From an uncultured Actinomycetota bacterium (GTDB taxonomy: Bacteria > Actinomycetota > Actinomycetes > JAHEKZ01), in contig CAVQYR010000002.1 in the NCBI GenBank assembly GCA_963718235.1, positions 672,001-736,000 on the forward strand: a DNA stretch of 64,000 nt. The letters are read 5' to 3'. Position 1 is the first letter of the stretch. Every line of letters starts with the position of its first letter. The translations under genes were made by a program, and so were the position numbers. The notes under the pieces are model-generated. The model had not been told where the DNA came from and made no database searches. It saw only the letters and a list, made by a program, of their open reading frames with translations. Below, piece after piece: positions 12,771 to 22,866 of this stretch.

Positions 12771-14795
12771 ATGGAACGCCCTGACGGCGCCCCACCGCGC
12801 GACCGACCGTGGGTCATGCGGACCTACGCCGGCCACTCGTCGGCTGCTGCGTCGAACGCCCTGTTCCGCACCAACCTGGCCAAGGGCCAGACCGGGCTCT
12901 CCGTGGCCTTCGACCTGCCCACCCAGACCGGCTACGACCCGGACGACCCCCTGGCGCGGGGGGAGGTGGGCAAGGTCGGCGTCCCCGTCGCGCACCTGGG
13001 CGACATGCGGGCCCTGTTCGACGGGATCCCGCTGGAGCAGATGAACACGTCGATGACGATCAACGCGACCGCGATGTGGCTGCTGGCGCTGTACGTCGTG
13101 GTGGCCGAGGAGGAGGCCGACGCCGCAGGCCGCGATCGCGCGGAGGTGGTCGCTGCGCTCCAGGGGACCACGCAGAACGACATCATCAAGGAGTACCTGT
13201 CGCGTGGCACCTATGTGTTCGGCCCGGAACCCTCGCTGCGGCTGATCACCGACATGGTCGCCTACACGGTGGGTCACCTCCCGAAGTGGAATCCCACCAA
13301 CATCTGCAGCTACCACCTCCAGGAGGCCGGAGCGACTCCGGTCCAGGAGCTGGCCTACGCGATGTGCACGGCGATCGCCGTGCTCGACGCCGTGCGAGAC
13401 ACGGGGCAGGTCGCACAGGAGGACTTCGGCGAAGTCGTCGCCCGGATCTCCTTCTTCGTCAACGCCGGTGTGCGCTTCGTCGACGAGATGTGCAAGATGC
13501 GCGCCTTCGTCCGGTTGTGGGACGACCTCACCGAGCACCGCTACGGCGTGACCGATCCCAAGCAACGACGTTTCCGCTACGGCGTCCAGGTCAACTCGCT
13601 CGGGCTGACCGAGGCCCAGCCGGAGAACAACGTCGCCCGGATCGTGCTCGAGATGCTCGGCGTCACCTTGAGCAGAGACGCCAGGGCTCGGGCGATCCAG
13701 CTTCCCGCGTGGAACGAGGCGCTGGGGCTGCCACGACCGTGGGACCAGCAGTGGTCTCTGCGGATGCAGCAGGTGCTGGCCTTCGAGTCCGACCTGCTGG
13801 AGCACGACGACCTCTTCGCCGGTTCGGCTGTGGTCGAGCAACGGGTCGAGACGCTGCTGGCCGACGCCCGGGCCGAGATCGACAAGGTCCTGGCCATGGG
13901 TGGTGCCGTCGCCGCGGTGGAGAGCGGCTACATGAAGACCCAGCTCGTCACCGCTCACGCCGAGCGACGTCGTCGGGTCGAGAGCGGCACCGAGACGGTG
14001 GTCGGGGTCAACGCGTTCACCACCACCGAGCCGAACCCCCTGCTGCGTGACACCGAGACCTCGATCCAGACCGTCGACCCCGCCGCCGAGCAGGAGGCCG
14101 TCGACCGCATCGTCGCTTGGCGTGCGGCCCGCGACCAGGCTGCGGTCTCGGAGGCGCTGACCCAGCTGCGGTCCGATGCGGCGTCCGCGACCAACCTGAT
14201 GCCGTCGACGCTTGCGTGCGCAAGGGCCGGTGTCACCACCGGTGAGTGGACCGGCGTGCTGCGTGAGGTGTTCGGCGAGTACCGCGCTCCTACCGGTGTC
14301 AGCGGACAGGTCGGACCCCCCGACGTGACCGAAGACCTGCTGGACCTGCGCGCACGGGTCAGCGAGACCGGTCGGCAGCTGGGTGCGCGCCTGCGCTTCC
14401 TGGTCGGCAAGCCGGGCCTGGACGGTCACTCCAACGGTGCGGAGCAGATCGCGGTGAGAGCCAGGGACGCCGGCTTCGAGGTGATCTACCAGGGGATCCG
14501 GCTCACCCCCGAGCAGATCGTCGCTGCTGCGGTCGAGGAGGACGTCGACGTCGTGGGCCTGTCGATCCTGTCCGGCTCGCACCTGTCGCTCGTCCCCGCC
14601 GTGCTGGAGGGCCTGCGCACGGCAGGGCTCAGCGACGTCCCGGTGGTCGTCGGAGGGATCATCCCCGACGTCGACGTCGAGCCGCTGGAGGCAGCCGGTG
14701 TGGCTGCGGTGTTCACGCCGAAGGACTACGCCATCAACGAGATCATGGGTCGCGTGGTCGACGAGATCCGGCGGGCCCGCCACCTCGACTCCTGA
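12771..14795 (+). CDS. ecm: Ethylmalonyl-CoA mutase (MeaA/Ecm), AdoCbl-dependent
   Basis: PWVMRTYAGHS, NLAKGQTGLSVAFDLPTQTGYD, QNDIIKEYLSRGT and B12-binding GLDGHSNG; start may be GTG 12741. Confidence 0.93.
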   Translation: MERPDGAPPRDRPWVMRTYAGHSSAAASNALFRTNLAKGQTGLSVAFDLPTQTGYDPDDPLARGEVGKVGVPVAHLGDMRALFDGIPLEQMNTSMTINATAMWLLALYVVVAEEEADAAGRDRAEVVAALQGTTQNDIIKEYLSRGTYVFGPEPSLRLITDMVAYTVGHLPKWNPTNICSYHLQEAGATPVQELAYAMCTAIAVLDAVRDTGQVAQEDFGEVVARISFFVNAGVRFVDEMCKMRAFVRLWDDLTEHRYGVTDPKQRRFRYGVQVNSLGLTEAQPENNVARIVLEMLGVTLSRDARARAIQLPAWNEALGLPRPWDQQWSLRMQQVLAFESDLLEHDDLFAGSAVVEQRVETLLADARAEIDKVLAMGGAVAAVESGYMKTQLVTAHAERRRRVESGTETVVGVNAFTTTEPNPLLRDTETSIQTVDPAAEQEAVDRIVAWRAARDQAAVSEALTQLRSDAASATNLMPSTLACARAGVTTGEWTGVLREVFGEYRAPTGVSGQVGPPDVTEDLLDLRARVSETGRQLGARLRFLVGKPGLDGHSNGAEQIAVRARDAGFEVIYQGIRLTPEQIVAAAVEEDVDVVGLSILSGSHLSLVPAVLEGLRTAGLSDVPVVVGGIIPDVDVEPLEAAGVAAVFTPKDYAINEIMGRVVDEIRRARHLDS

Positions 14796-14897
14796 CACCA
14801 CCTGTCCTGAGGTACTACGACCACCGGACAATGGTGGACTGCCCGTCAAGTACCGCAGTGTTCTCCCAAGAGATCGACCACTTCATCGGAGGACACC

Positions 14898-15284
14898 ATG
14901 AACCGCACCCTCACCACTGGAATCCTGGCTCTCTCGGGAGCGCTGGTCCTGACCCTCGCAACCCCAGCACTGGCCAACGACGCCGACGTGATCAAGCGGG
15001 GCTCGTGCTCGGGGACGAGCGACTGGAAGCTCAAGGCGAGCCCGCAGGACGGCCGGATCGAGGTCGAGGCGGAGGTCGACAGCAACGTGATCGGTCAGAC
15101 CTGGTCGTGGCGCCTGACGCACGACGGCTCGGTCTCGGCCAGGGGCACCGCGACGACCAAGGGGCGAAGCGGCTCGTTCAGCGTCCGGCGACTCATGGTC
15201 GACGCAGCGGGCAAGGACAGCATCGGCCTGCGCGCTCGCAACACCAAGTCCGGTGAGGTCTGCACCGGTAGCCTCACGTTCTGA
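14898..15284 (+). CDS. Small secreted protein of unknown function
   Basis: Sec signal peptide ending ALA; beta-rich mature part with two Cys; RBS GGAGG. Confidence 0.8.
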   Translation: MNRTLTTGILALSGALVLTLATPALANDADVIKRGSCSGTSDWKLKASPQDGRIEVEAEVDSNVIGQTWSWRLTHDGSVSARGTATTKGRSGSFSVRRLMVDAAGKDSIGLRARNTKSGEVCTGSLTF

Positions 15285-15289
15285 GGAGC

Positions 15290-16633
15290 ATGCGACCCAC
15301 TCACGCGACGACGACTGCACGACCGGGCTGGAGACGCCCGGTCGTGCAGTTCGTCGCGGCCGGCCTGGTGACGGCTGCACTGCTCGCCCTCCTCACCGGG
15401 TGGTTCAGTCAGCGGGCCGCGAGGGCGGAGGCGATCCAGGACGCCCGGACGACGACCGAGCTGCTCGCGCGCGCGGTCGTCCAGCCCGCCCTGGGCACCG
15501 GCGTCCTCGAGGCCGAGGCGGCCGAGGTCGACCGGTTCGACCGGCTCGTGCGCCAGCGGGTGCACGACGGTGAGGTGCTGCGGGTCAAGGTGTGGGACGC
15601 CCGGGGGAACATCGTCTACTCCGACGAGCCCCGACTCATCGGCGAGCAGTTCGTACTGGGGGACGAGGAGCGCGCGGTGCTCGCGTCCGGTGGGACCGAC
15701 GCCGAGGTCTCCGACCTCGCCAAGTCGGAGAACCAGTACGAGAAGCCGTTGGGCCGCGTGCTCGAGGTGTACACACGGGTGACGGCACCCGACGGGGAGC
15801 CCTTGCTGTTCGAGCTGTACTTCCCGTACGACGACGTCGCCCGTCGCACCGACCAGGTGCTCGCCGCCTTCCGCCCGATCACGGTCGGCGGGATCCTGCT
15901 CTTCCTGGCGCTGACGGTCCCGATGGTCTGGTTGCTCGCCCGGCGCCTCGACGACGCGGCGCGGGAACGCGAGCGACTGCTCGTGGCGGCCGCCCGGGCC
16001 TCCGACGCCGAGCGCGGTCGGATCGCCCGGGACCTGCACGACGGGGTGGTGCAGGACCTGGCCGGGACTTCGTTCGCGTTGTCCGCAACAGCGCGGGAGG
16101 TCGCCACCGGCTCACCGCCTGACCCGGGCGCGCTGCGGGAGGGGCTGGAGTCGCTGGCGGGCGGCGTGCGTCGGTCGTTGAGGTCGCTGCGCTCCCTTCT
16201 GGTCGAGATCTACCCGCCCGACCTCAGCGGTGCGAGCCTGCCCTCCGCCCTGGACGACCTGCTGGCGCCGGCGGTGGCGGGTGGTGTGTCGGTGACCCTC
16301 GACCTACCGGACACCCATGGGTGGCCGGAGTCGGTGGTGGCCCTGGTCTGGCGCACGGCACAGGAGTGTGTCCGCAACGCGGCGAGGCACGCAGACCCGC
16401 ACACGCTGGTCGTGCGACTGTCCCGCGACGGCGGTGAGGGCGACGGTCCTGGACGGGTGAGGCTCGAGGTGACCGACGACGGTCGCGGATTCGACCCGGA
16501 CCAGCCGATCGAGGGGGACCACCTCGGACTGCGCGGTCTTCGGGACCTGGCCGCAGAGGCAGGGGGGACCCTGCGGGTCACGTCCGGCCCGGGACACGGG
16601 ACGAGCGTGCTGCTCGAGGTGCCCCTGCCATGA
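15290..16633 (+). CDS. Membrane sensor histidine kinase (HisKA_3 type)
   Basis: Two TMs; ERGRIARDLHDGVVQ, DDGRGF and GLRGL. Confidence 0.93.
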   Translation: MRPTHATTTARPGWRRPVVQFVAAGLVTAALLALLTGWFSQRAARAEAIQDARTTTELLARAVVQPALGTGVLEAEAAEVDRFDRLVRQRVHDGEVLRVKVWDARGNIVYSDEPRLIGEQFVLGDEERAVLASGGTDAEVSDLAKSENQYEKPLGRVLEVYTRVTAPDGEPLLFELYFPYDDVARRTDQVLAAFRPITVGGILLFLALTVPMVWLLARRLDDAARERERLLVAAARASDAERGRIARDLHDGVVQDLAGTSFALSATAREVATGSPPDPGALREGLESLAGGVRRSLRSLRSLLVEIYPPDLSGASLPSALDDLLAPAVAGGVSVTLDLPDTHGWPESVVALVWRTAQECVRNAARHADPHTLVVRLSRDGGEGDGPGRVRLEVTDDGRGFDPDQPIEGDHLGLRGLRDLAAEAGGTLRVTSGPGHGTSVLLEVPLP

Positions 16634-17283
16634 TCCGCGTCGTCCTGGTCGATGACCACGCCATGGTCCGGGCGGGGCTCCAACAGCTGCTCGACGGAGA
16701 CCCCGAGATCGAGGTCGTGGGCACGGCCGCCGACGGCGAGACCGCAGTCGTCGTGGTCCGGGCGGAGCGGCCGGATGTCGTCTTGATGGACCTCCAGATG
16801 CCCGGGACCGACGGGGTGGCGGCGACCCGCCAGATCGGAGAAGTCGTCCCTGAGGTGAGGGTGGTCATCGTCACCTCGTTCTCCGACCGGGAGCGGATCG
16901 TGGGCGCCCTGGACGCCGGGGCCATCGGCTACCTGCTGAAGGATGCCGAGCCGGAGGAGATCCTGGCCGGGGTGAAGGCGGCTGCTCGAGGAGAGTCGCC
17001 GCTGCACCCGCGAGCGGCTCGCGAGCTGCTGGCCTCCCGGGTCGAGCCGGGAGGCCGTCGAGGCCTCGGGAGCGTCGACCTGACCCCGCGCGAGGTCGAG
17101 GTGCTCGTGCTGGTGCGTCGGGGGCTGGCGAACAAGCAGATCGCCCGCCGGCTCGGGATCAGCGAGCGCACGGTGAAGGCGCACCTCACGTCGTGCTTCC
17201 AGCGGATCGGTGTCGCCGACCGCACGCAAGCGGCCCTGTGGGCCGAGCGCAACGGGGTGGGCGACCCCGAGCCGGACGCCTAG
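16630..17283 (+). CDS. NarL/LuxR-family response regulator
   Basis: VDDH, DLQMP and LTPREVEVL...NKQIA...TVKAH. Confidence 0.95.
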   Translation: MIRVVLVDDHAMVRAGLQQLLDGDPEIEVVGTAADGETAVVVVRAERPDVVLMDLQMPGTDGVAATRQIGEVVPEVRVVIVTSFSDRERIVGALDAGAIGYLLKDAEPEEILAGVKAAARGESPLHPRAARELLASRVEPGGRRGLGSVDLTPREVEVLVLVRRGLANKQIARRLGISERTVKAHLTSCFQRIGVADRTQAALWAERNGVGDPEPDA

Positions 17284-17627
17284 CCGGGAGGTGGACTCGT
17301 CGGGGGCGGCGGTGGTGGCGGCGGCACCGGGGAGTCCGGAGGTGCGGCGGGCGCAGCGGCCGAGCCACCGTCACCGGGGAAGCCGGACCAGCCGTGCTCG
17401 GCAACATGCGCGTCCACGGCGTTGAGGGCGGCGTTCACCGCCTCGCGGTCGCCACCGCGCCGCTGCTCGGTGTAGAAGGCGGCGCCGAGGGTGGCGAGCA
17501 GCTTGTCTGCCTCTCGCTTCGCCGCCGCCTCGTCGAGCTTGGCCTGACCTGAGTCGATGCCCTTCTTGGCCTCGTCGAGTGCCTGCTGGGCCGCGGCCCG
17601 GGCCTTGTCCATGAAGCTGGGTGCCAT
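17280..17627 (-). CDS. Hypothetical helical protein with a Pro-rich tail
   Basis: GC3-biased codons; TACGGT -10 box 6 nt before ATG. Confidence 0.7.
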   Translation of the reverse strand: MAPSFMDKARAAAQQALDEAKKGIDSGQAKLDEAAAKREADKLLATLGAAFYTEQRRGGDREAVNAALNAVDAHVAEHGWSGFPGDGGSAAAPAAPPDSPVPPPPPPPPTSPPPG

Positions 17628-17655
17628 TGCTCCACCGTAGGGCAGGCTGAGGGGA

Positions 17656-18423
17656 ATGGACGACCCGACGCTGGCGCAACGGTGCGCGCTCGCCCGACCC
17701 GCTGTGCTCGAGCGCTTCGGACAGGGCGCTCCCTGGCGTCGGACCGCGCGCCTTGCCGGTCAGCGGGTCGCGATCCTGGGCTCGTTCGACGAGCCATGGG
17801 CTGCGCAGGCCACCTTCACCGAGGGGTTTCCGGGCACCGCCGAGGTGGCGATGATCGTCGGCTGGCTGGAGTCGAACGGGCCAGGGCCGTTCATGCTGAC
17901 CGTTCGGGAGCGCTTCGCCGCCGACGACCGGTGGTCGGGTGCGGGTCTGGTGTCGGCGAGCCGCGAGCCGGTCTTCGCCGTCGAGGCTCGGTCCGCGCGG
18001 CTGTGGCCGGTCACCGAGCCCGAACGGCTGGTCCGGCCTGCCCACGACGTCGAGGAGTTCGTCGGCGCCTACAACGCGTGGGTGGGTCATGAGTCGGCCG
18101 TGCGCCAGCTGGTCGTGGCCGATGACCTGCGAGACCCGGACAAGGCCTTCCTCGTGCTCGACGTCGACGGGTCGGCCGTGGGCACGGCCATCGTCAGCTT
18201 CGCCGCCGGGACGGGCTACGTCTCCGGCATAGGGGTCGCCCCCGAGCACCGTCGGAAGGGCTTCGGCGGGGCCCTGACCCGCTCCGCGGTACGGGTGGCC
18301 GGCCGCGGCGGCGACCCGGTCTGGCTCCATGCCAGCGAGGACGGCTCCCCGCTGTACCGGCGGCTGGGGTTCCGGCAGGTCGACACCCAGGTGACGCTGG
18401 TGCGCCCGGTCAGGACCGGGTGA
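17656..18423 (+). CDS. GNAT-family acetyltransferase
   Basis: C-terminal VAPEHRRKGFG and LYRRLGF. Confidence 0.85.
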   Translation: MDDPTLAQRCALARPAVLERFGQGAPWRRTARLAGQRVAILGSFDEPWAAQATFTEGFPGTAEVAMIVGWLESNGPGPFMLTVRERFAADDRWSGAGLVSASREPVFAVEARSARLWPVTEPERLVRPAHDVEEFVGAYNAWVGHESAVRQLVVADDLRDPDKAFLVLDVDGSAVGTAIVSFAAGTGYVSGIGVAPEHRRKGFGGALTRSAVRVAGRGGDPVWLHASEDGSPLYRRLGFRQVDTQVTLVRPVRTG

Positions 18424-18482
18424 ATCCGACCTCACGCTGGTGTCCATGGCCAGAGCTCCCGCCACCTCGTCGGCGCGGGTCC

Positions 18483-19160
18483 TCAGAAGAGCTTGAGACC
18501 GACGTCGTCTCGGCCGCGCAGGGCGTCGTAGTCGAGCGTCACGCAGCGGATGCCGCGGTCCTGGGCCAGCACCCGCGCCTGCGGCTTGATCTCCTGTGCG
18601 GCGAGGACGCCGACCACGGGCTGAAGGTGCGGATCACGGTTGAGCAGCTCCAGGTAGCGGGTCAGCTGCTCGACCCCGTCGATGTCGCCGCGGCGCTTGA
18701 TCTCGACCGCCACCGCGCCGCCGAGGGCGTCCCGGGCCAGGATGTCCACCGGGCCGATCGCGGTCGGGTACTCCCGACGGACCAACCGCCAGCCCTCGCC
18801 CAGGGTCTGGATGTGCTCGGCCAGCAGAACCTGCAGATGGGCCTCGACGCCGTCCTTCTGCAGGCCGGGGTCGACCCCGAGCTCGTGCTGGGAGTCGTGG
18901 AGGACCTCCTCGACGGTGATCACGAGGCGGTCCCCGGACTTGGCGTGGGCGACCGTCCAGGTTCCAACCCCCGACGCGTCGAGGACGATCTCGCTGCGGC
19001 AGGGCGGGCTCATCCAGTTCAGCGGCTTGTACGCCCGGTCGTCGGCGTGGACGGAGACCGAGCCGTCGGCCTTCAGCAGGATCAGTCTGGTCGCCATGGG
19101 CAGATGGGCGGTCAGTCTGCCCTCGTAGTCGACGCTGCAACGAGCGATCACCAGGCGCAC
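18483..19160 (-). CDS. nucS: Mismatch-repair endonuclease NucS/EndoMS
   Basis: [34 protein letters not shown] and QLTRY. Confidence 0.97.
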   Translation of the reverse strand: MRLVIARCSVDYEGRLTAHLPMATRLILLKADGSVSVHADDRAYKPLNWMSPPCRSEIVLDASGVGTWTVAHAKSGDRLVITVEEVLHDSQHELGVDPGLQKDGVEAHLQVLLAEHIQTLGEGWRLVRREYPTAIGPVDILARDALGGAVAVEIKRRGDIDGVEQLTRYLELLNRDPHLQPVVGVLAAQEIKPQARVLAQDRGIRCVTLDYDALRGRDDVGLKLF

Positions 19161-19207
19161 GGGGGGAGCGTAGCGGCCCTCTGGCCATGGTCTGGGAGAC
19201 TTCCTCC

Positions 19208-20983
19208 ATGGCTCGCGAATTCACCACTGTCGGCGTCGTCGGTCTGGGCACCATGGGTGCGGGGATCTGTGAGGTGTTCGCCCGCCACGGTCTCGATGTC
19301 GTGGCCGTCGAGCGCAGCGACGAAGCCCTCCGGCACGGCATCGGTCACGTCGAGTCGTCGACCTCGCGCGCGGTCAAGCGCGGCAAGCTGGACGAGGAGG
19401 AGAAGCAGGCCATCTTCGACCGGATCACGTTCACGACCGACCTGGACGACGTGTCCGTGTGTCACCTCGTGGTCGAGGCGGTGCCGGAGAAGCTCGAGCT
19501 CAAGCAGCAGATCTTCGCCGAGCTCGATCGGATCACCGCTCCGGACGCGATCCTTGCGACCAACACCTCGTCGTTGTCGGTGACCGAGATCTCGGTCGCC
19601 ACCCACCGACCGGCGCAGGTGGTCGGGATGCACTTCTTCAACCCGGCGCCGGTCCTGAAGCTCGTCGAGGTGATCCGCACCGTGGTCACCGATGCCCAGG
19701 TGATCGACGACATCAAGGCGCTGGCGGAACGGCTCGGCAAGGTTCCGGTGGTGGTCGGCGACAAGGCCGGCTTCATTGCCAACGCCCTGCTGTTCGGCTA
19801 CCTCAACCACGCCGTGTCCATGTACGACCAGCGCTACGCCACCCGCGAGGACATCGACGCGGCCATGAAGCTGGGCTGCGGGCTGCCGATGGGACCGTTG
19901 GCGCTGCTCGACCTGATCGGTCTGGACACGGCCTACGAGATCCTCGACACCATGTACAAGCAGACCCGAGACCGCTTGCACGCACCCAGTCCGTTGATCA
20001 AGCAGATGGTCACCGCAGGGCTTAAGGGCCGCAAGACCGGCGGTGGCTTCTACACCTACGAGACGGCTGACTCACCCGTCGTGGTCGCCGACTCCCAGTC
20101 CACGGACACCGAGCCGGAGAGCGCCCCGGGTCGCGACGTCCAGCGCGTCGGCATCATCGGCTCGGGGACGATGGCGGTCGGCATCGCGGAGGTGTTCGCC
20201 AAGTCCGGGTACGACGTCGTCGTCCGGGCTCGCGGGACCGAGCAGATGGCGCGCGCCCGGCAGGCGATCGAACGGTCGCTGGAGAAGGCTGTGGTGCGCG
20301 GCAAGCTCACCGAGACCGAGCGCGACGAGACTCTGCGTCGCGTGATCGGGAGCACGTCGTTCGAGGACCTGGCTGACTGCGACCTGATCGTCGAGGCGAC
20401 GGTTGAGGAGCTCACCGTCAAGCAGGCGATCTTCGAGACTCTCGACGAGATCGCCAAGCCCGGAACCGTGCTGGCCACCACCACGTCGAGCCTGCCCGTG
20501 GTGGAGATAGCGGCAGCCACCCGTCGCATGCGCGACGTGGTCGGGATGCACTTCTTCAACCCGGCTCCGGTCATGAAACTGGTGGAGGTCGTGCGCACCG
20601 TCAACACGAGCGACTCGACGGTCGCGACGGTCCGCTCGGTCTGCGAGCGGCTCGGCAAGCATCCGGTGACGTGCGGTGACCGCGCGGGGTTCATCGTGAA
20701 CGCCCTGCTCTTCCCCTACCTGAACGACGCCGTGCGGATGCTCGAGGCCCACTACGCGACGTCGGACGACATCGACAACGCGATGAAGGTCGGGTGCGGG
20801 TACCCGATGGGACCGTTCGAGCTGCTCGACGTCGTCGGGCTCGATGTCGCCCTGGCGATCCAGCAGACCCTGTACCGGGAGTTCCGCGAGCCCGGGTTCG
20901 CCCCGACCCCCCTGCTCGAGCACCTGGTCACCGCCGGGTACCTCGGCCGCAAGAGCGGCCGCGGCTTCCGGGTGTACGCCTGA
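19208..20983 (+). CDS. Tandem (two-module) 3-hydroxyacyl-CoA dehydrogenase
   Basis: Two repeats of Rossmann motif + GMHFFNP + GRK(T/S)G.GF. Confidence 0.92.
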   Translation: MAREFTTVGVVGLGTMGAGICEVFARHGLDVVAVERSDEALRHGIGHVESSTSRAVKRGKLDEEEKQAIFDRITFTTDLDDVSVCHLVVEAVPEKLELKQQIFAELDRITAPDAILATNTSSLSVTEISVATHRPAQVVGMHFFNPAPVLKLVEVIRTVVTDAQVIDDIKALAERLGKVPVVVGDKAGFIANALLFGYLNHAVSMYDQRYATREDIDAAMKLGCGLPMGPLALLDLIGLDTAYEILDTMYKQTRDRLHAPSPLIKQMVTAGLKGRKTGGGFYTYETADSPVVVADSQSTDTEPESAPGRDVQRVGIIGSGTMAVGIAEVFAKSGYDVVVRARGTEQMARARQAIERSLEKAVVRGKLTETERDETLRRVIGSTSFEDLADCDLIVEATVEELTVKQAIFETLDEIAKPGTVLATTTSSLPVVEIAAATRRMRDVVGMHFFNPAPVMKLVEVVRTVNTSDSTVATVRSVCERLGKHPVTCGDRAGFIVNALLFPYLNDAVRMLEAHYATSDDIDNAMKVGCGYPMGPFELLDVVGLDVALAIQQTLYREFREPGFAPTPLLEHLVTAGYLGRKSGRGFRVYA

Positions 20984-20988
20984 GCGAC

Positions 20989-21282
20989 GTGAGCCCTCGC
21001 CGCAACCGGAGCAGGCGCGACGATGCCGCGCTGGACCTCGGCCGGGTCGGTGCTGCGGAGACCGTCGAGGAATGGGACGGTCTGGACTGGGTCGTCCGGT
21101 CGTTGCGCGGCTCGTCGTCGACGAAGACCTACCGCTGCCCCGGCTGCGACCAGGAGATCGTTCCGGCCACTCCGCACGTCGTGGTCTGGCGGGCCGAGCC
21201 GCTGGTGGGGGCGGGACCGGAGGACCGCCGGCACTGGCACACCAGCTGCTGGCGGGCCCGGTCACGGCGACGACCACGGTGA
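20989..21282 (+). CDS. Small conserved Cys/His protein (putative zinc finger)
   Basis: GTG 20989; YRCPGC...H...HWHTSCW; GTGA overlap with the next gene. Confidence 0.8.
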   Translation: MSPRRNRSRRDDAALDLGRVGAAETVEEWDGLDWVVRSLRGSSSTKTYRCPGCDQEIVPATPHVVVWRAEPLVGAGPEDRRHWHTSCWRARSRRRPR

Positions 21283-22022
21283 GTCACCTGATCCGGGCGA
21301 ACACCGTCCTGCCGGCAGTACGGGAGCCGATCACACTGAGCACCGTTGACGGGCTGACCCTGGTGGGCGAGCTGGCCACCCCAGTGGACCGGCCACCGAC
21401 CGCGACGCTGATCACGCTGCACCCGCTGCCCACCCACGGCGGGATGATGGACAGCCATGTCCTGCGCAAGGCGTCCTTCCGCCTCCCCGCCCTCGCCGAC
21501 GTCGCCGTCCTGCGGTTCAACACCAGGGGGACCGCATCGGCTGCGGGTCGAAGCGAAGGGACGTTCGACCACGGCGTGGGCGAGCTGAACGACGTCGAGG
21601 CGGCCGTTCGGTTCGCGACCGAGCGAGGGCTTGCCGGCCGTTGGCTGCTGGGCTGGTCGTTCGGCACCGACCTGGTGCTCGGCCACGGCCCTGACCGCAG
21701 GGTCGAGGGCGCGATCCTGCTGTCCCCACCGCTGCGCCAGGCCACCGACTCCCAGCTCGACCGTTGGGGGCGGTCGGGGCAGCCCCTCGTGGCCCTCGTC
21801 CCCGAGCTCGACGACTACCTGCGCCCACCAGAGGCGCGGGAGCGGTTCGCAGCCGTGCCCCAGGCCGTGGTCCGCGGGTTCGCCGACACCAAGCACCTGT
21901 GGGTGGGTGAGCGGGCGGTCCAACAGGTGCTGGACGCGGTCGTCGAGGTCGTCGCACCCGGCGCATCCCCTCTGCCCCGTGACTGGGACGGGCCCTACGA
22001 GGTCGCTACGGTCAGCACATGA
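21279..22022 (+). CDS. Alpha/beta hydrolase
   Basis: HPLPTHGGMMD, RFNTRG and GWSFG nucleophile elbow. Confidence 0.88.
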   Translation: MSHLIRANTVLPAVREPITLSTVDGLTLVGELATPVDRPPTATLITLHPLPTHGGMMDSHVLRKASFRLPALADVAVLRFNTRGTASAAGRSEGTFDHGVGELNDVEAAVRFATERGLAGRWLLGWSFGTDLVLGHGPDRRVEGAILLSPPLRQATDSQLDRWGRSGQPLVALVPELDDYLRPPEARERFAAVPQAVVRGFADTKHLWVGERAVQQVLDAVVEVVAPGASPLPRDWDGPYEVATVST

Positions 22023-22780
22023 CCACGTTCGTGCTCCTGCACGCGTTCCCTCTCGACTCCTCCATGTACGACGAGCTCCGCGACCCCCTGGGGGGAGTCT
22101 GCGACCTGGTGACCCCGGACTTCCCGGGATTCGGTGGACGGCCGCTGCCTGATGCCGCACCGTCGTTGGACGTCCTGGCCGACGCTGTGGCGTCGGAGCT
22201 CGACGAGCGTGGGCTGGACCGTGTGGTCCTCGGCGGTACGTCCATGGGCGGCTACACGACGATGGCGTTCCTGCGCAGGTACCCGCAGCGCGTCAGCGCC
22301 GTGGTGCTCATCGACACCAAAGCGACCGCGGACACGGGACAGGGCGCGGCAGGGCGTCGGGCGATGGCCGACCTCCTTGAGCGGGAGAACTCCACCAACG
22401 CCCTGCTCGAGGGCGTCTACCCCAAGCTGGTCGGACCGACCACGGTGGCCGAGCGTGCTGCCGTTGCCACCCGGATCCGGGATCTGGTCGAGGCCGCCCC
22501 CCCGCGGTCTGCAGCGTGGGCCCAGCGGGCCATGGCCGTCCGACCGGACTCGATCGGCACGCTGCGTGGCACCGAGGTGCCCACCTTGGTCGTGGTGGGG
22601 GAGGAGGACCAGCTGTCACCACCCGACGACGCGGAGGCGATGGTGAAGGCCCTGCCCTGGGGCAGGTTGTCAGTGATCCCACGCGCCGGGCACCTGTCCC
22701 CACTGGAGTCCCCCGGTGAGGTCGCGGGAGTGATCGGTGGGTTCCTGCGCTCCCTTGATGGTGCTGCGCTGAACGAGTGA
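22019..22780 (+). CDS. Alpha/beta hydrolase (PcaD-like)
   Basis: LHAFP, GTSMGG, GEED and GHLSPLE. Confidence 0.9.
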   Translation: MTTFVLLHAFPLDSSMYDELRDPLGGVCDLVTPDFPGFGGRPLPDAAPSLDVLADAVASELDERGLDRVVLGGTSMGGYTTMAFLRRYPQRVSAVVLIDTKATADTGQGAAGRRAMADLLERENSTNALLEGVYPKLVGPTTVAERAAVATRIRDLVEAAPPRSAAWAQRAMAVRPDSIGTLRGTEVPTLVVVGEEDQLSPPDDAEAMVKALPWGRLSVIPRAGHLSPLESPGEVAGVIGGFLRSLDGAALNE

Positions 22781-22866
22781 GCCCGTTCGTGCTATCGCCG
22801 TCCGTCTCGCGTCAGCACTAGCCTCAGGTTCGGGGCCACCGGCTGGTGGCGGGGTGAGGATGGGCG

